From Ginglymostoma cirratum (lineage: Eukaryota): a stretch of 64,000 nucleotides of DNA. Below, in pieces: positions 63,862 through 64,000 of this stretch (positions within the stretch are counted from its first letter, which is position 1; the number at the start of each line of letters is the position of its first letter). Under the pieces are notes generated by a model. That model ran no database searches, was not told the DNA's origin, and saw only the letters and a program-made list of their open reading frames with translations. The position numbers and the translations under genes are program-made. The stretch lies in the NCBI GenBank assembly GCA_024137785.1, contig JAHRHZ010000050.1, positions 13,269,124 through 13,333,123 on the forward strand. The letters run 5' to 3'.

Positions 63862-64000
63862 ATATTGGGTGCAGGAATGATTGTGGGCACTTTCATATAA
63901 ATTTTCATACAGATTGAATAAAGCAACTTCACAAAAGTAGTTTTGAGGGCAATTCCATAGAATTGAGTCAGTTTCCTAAAACAGTACCTTGTGGAACTAC

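Larger units (their letters stand above)
63425..64000 (+). mobile_element. Old CR1 ORF2 endonuclease fragment interrupted by a PLE terminus
   Basis: ESVWVEIRK.KG....GAVYRSSNSS (YRPP motif), resuming after ~63872 with MIVGTF and FLKQYLVELx. Confidence 0.7.

Noticed and set aside
1-64000. CRISPR array, prokaryotic operon, defence system or endogenous virus
   Set aside because: No regularly spaced repeats, no dense ORFs and no viral motifs seen; the content is typical vertebrate repeat-rich non-coding DNA

Overview
Vertebrate non-coding genomic DNA, AT-rich and CpG-depleted, with two assembly gaps. The repeat repertoire (HE1-like V-SINEs, SacSINE1-like DeuSINEs, abundant CR1 LINEs, Neptune-type Penelope elements) points to a cartilaginous fish, probably a shark; this is inference. 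I recognise no host protein-coding exon, rRNA, tRNA gene or CRISPR array. The protein-like ORFs I recognise are decayed transposon remnants, and the rest look like chance ORFs. The most interesting system is a set of Penelope-like retroelements (PLEs). One is a ~2.1 kb RT + GIY-YIG copy (57236-59383); six others are short or fold-back derivatives from at least three sequence families. Their termini carry minimal hammerhead-ribozyme cores with co-varying stem II, and four insertions of the commonest family have 14-bp target-site duplications. Also present are a three-level nest (CR1 containing a PIF/Harbinger element with TIRs and a Myb/SANT remnant, itself containing inverted CR1 tails), a near full-length dead CR1, an RTE fragment, and several repeat-free, motif-rich stretches that are candidate enhancers. 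PLE-associated hammerheads are known as a class, so novelty of these particular families is unverified. All family names come from recalled motifs, not database searches, and boundaries without TSD/TIR support are approximate.
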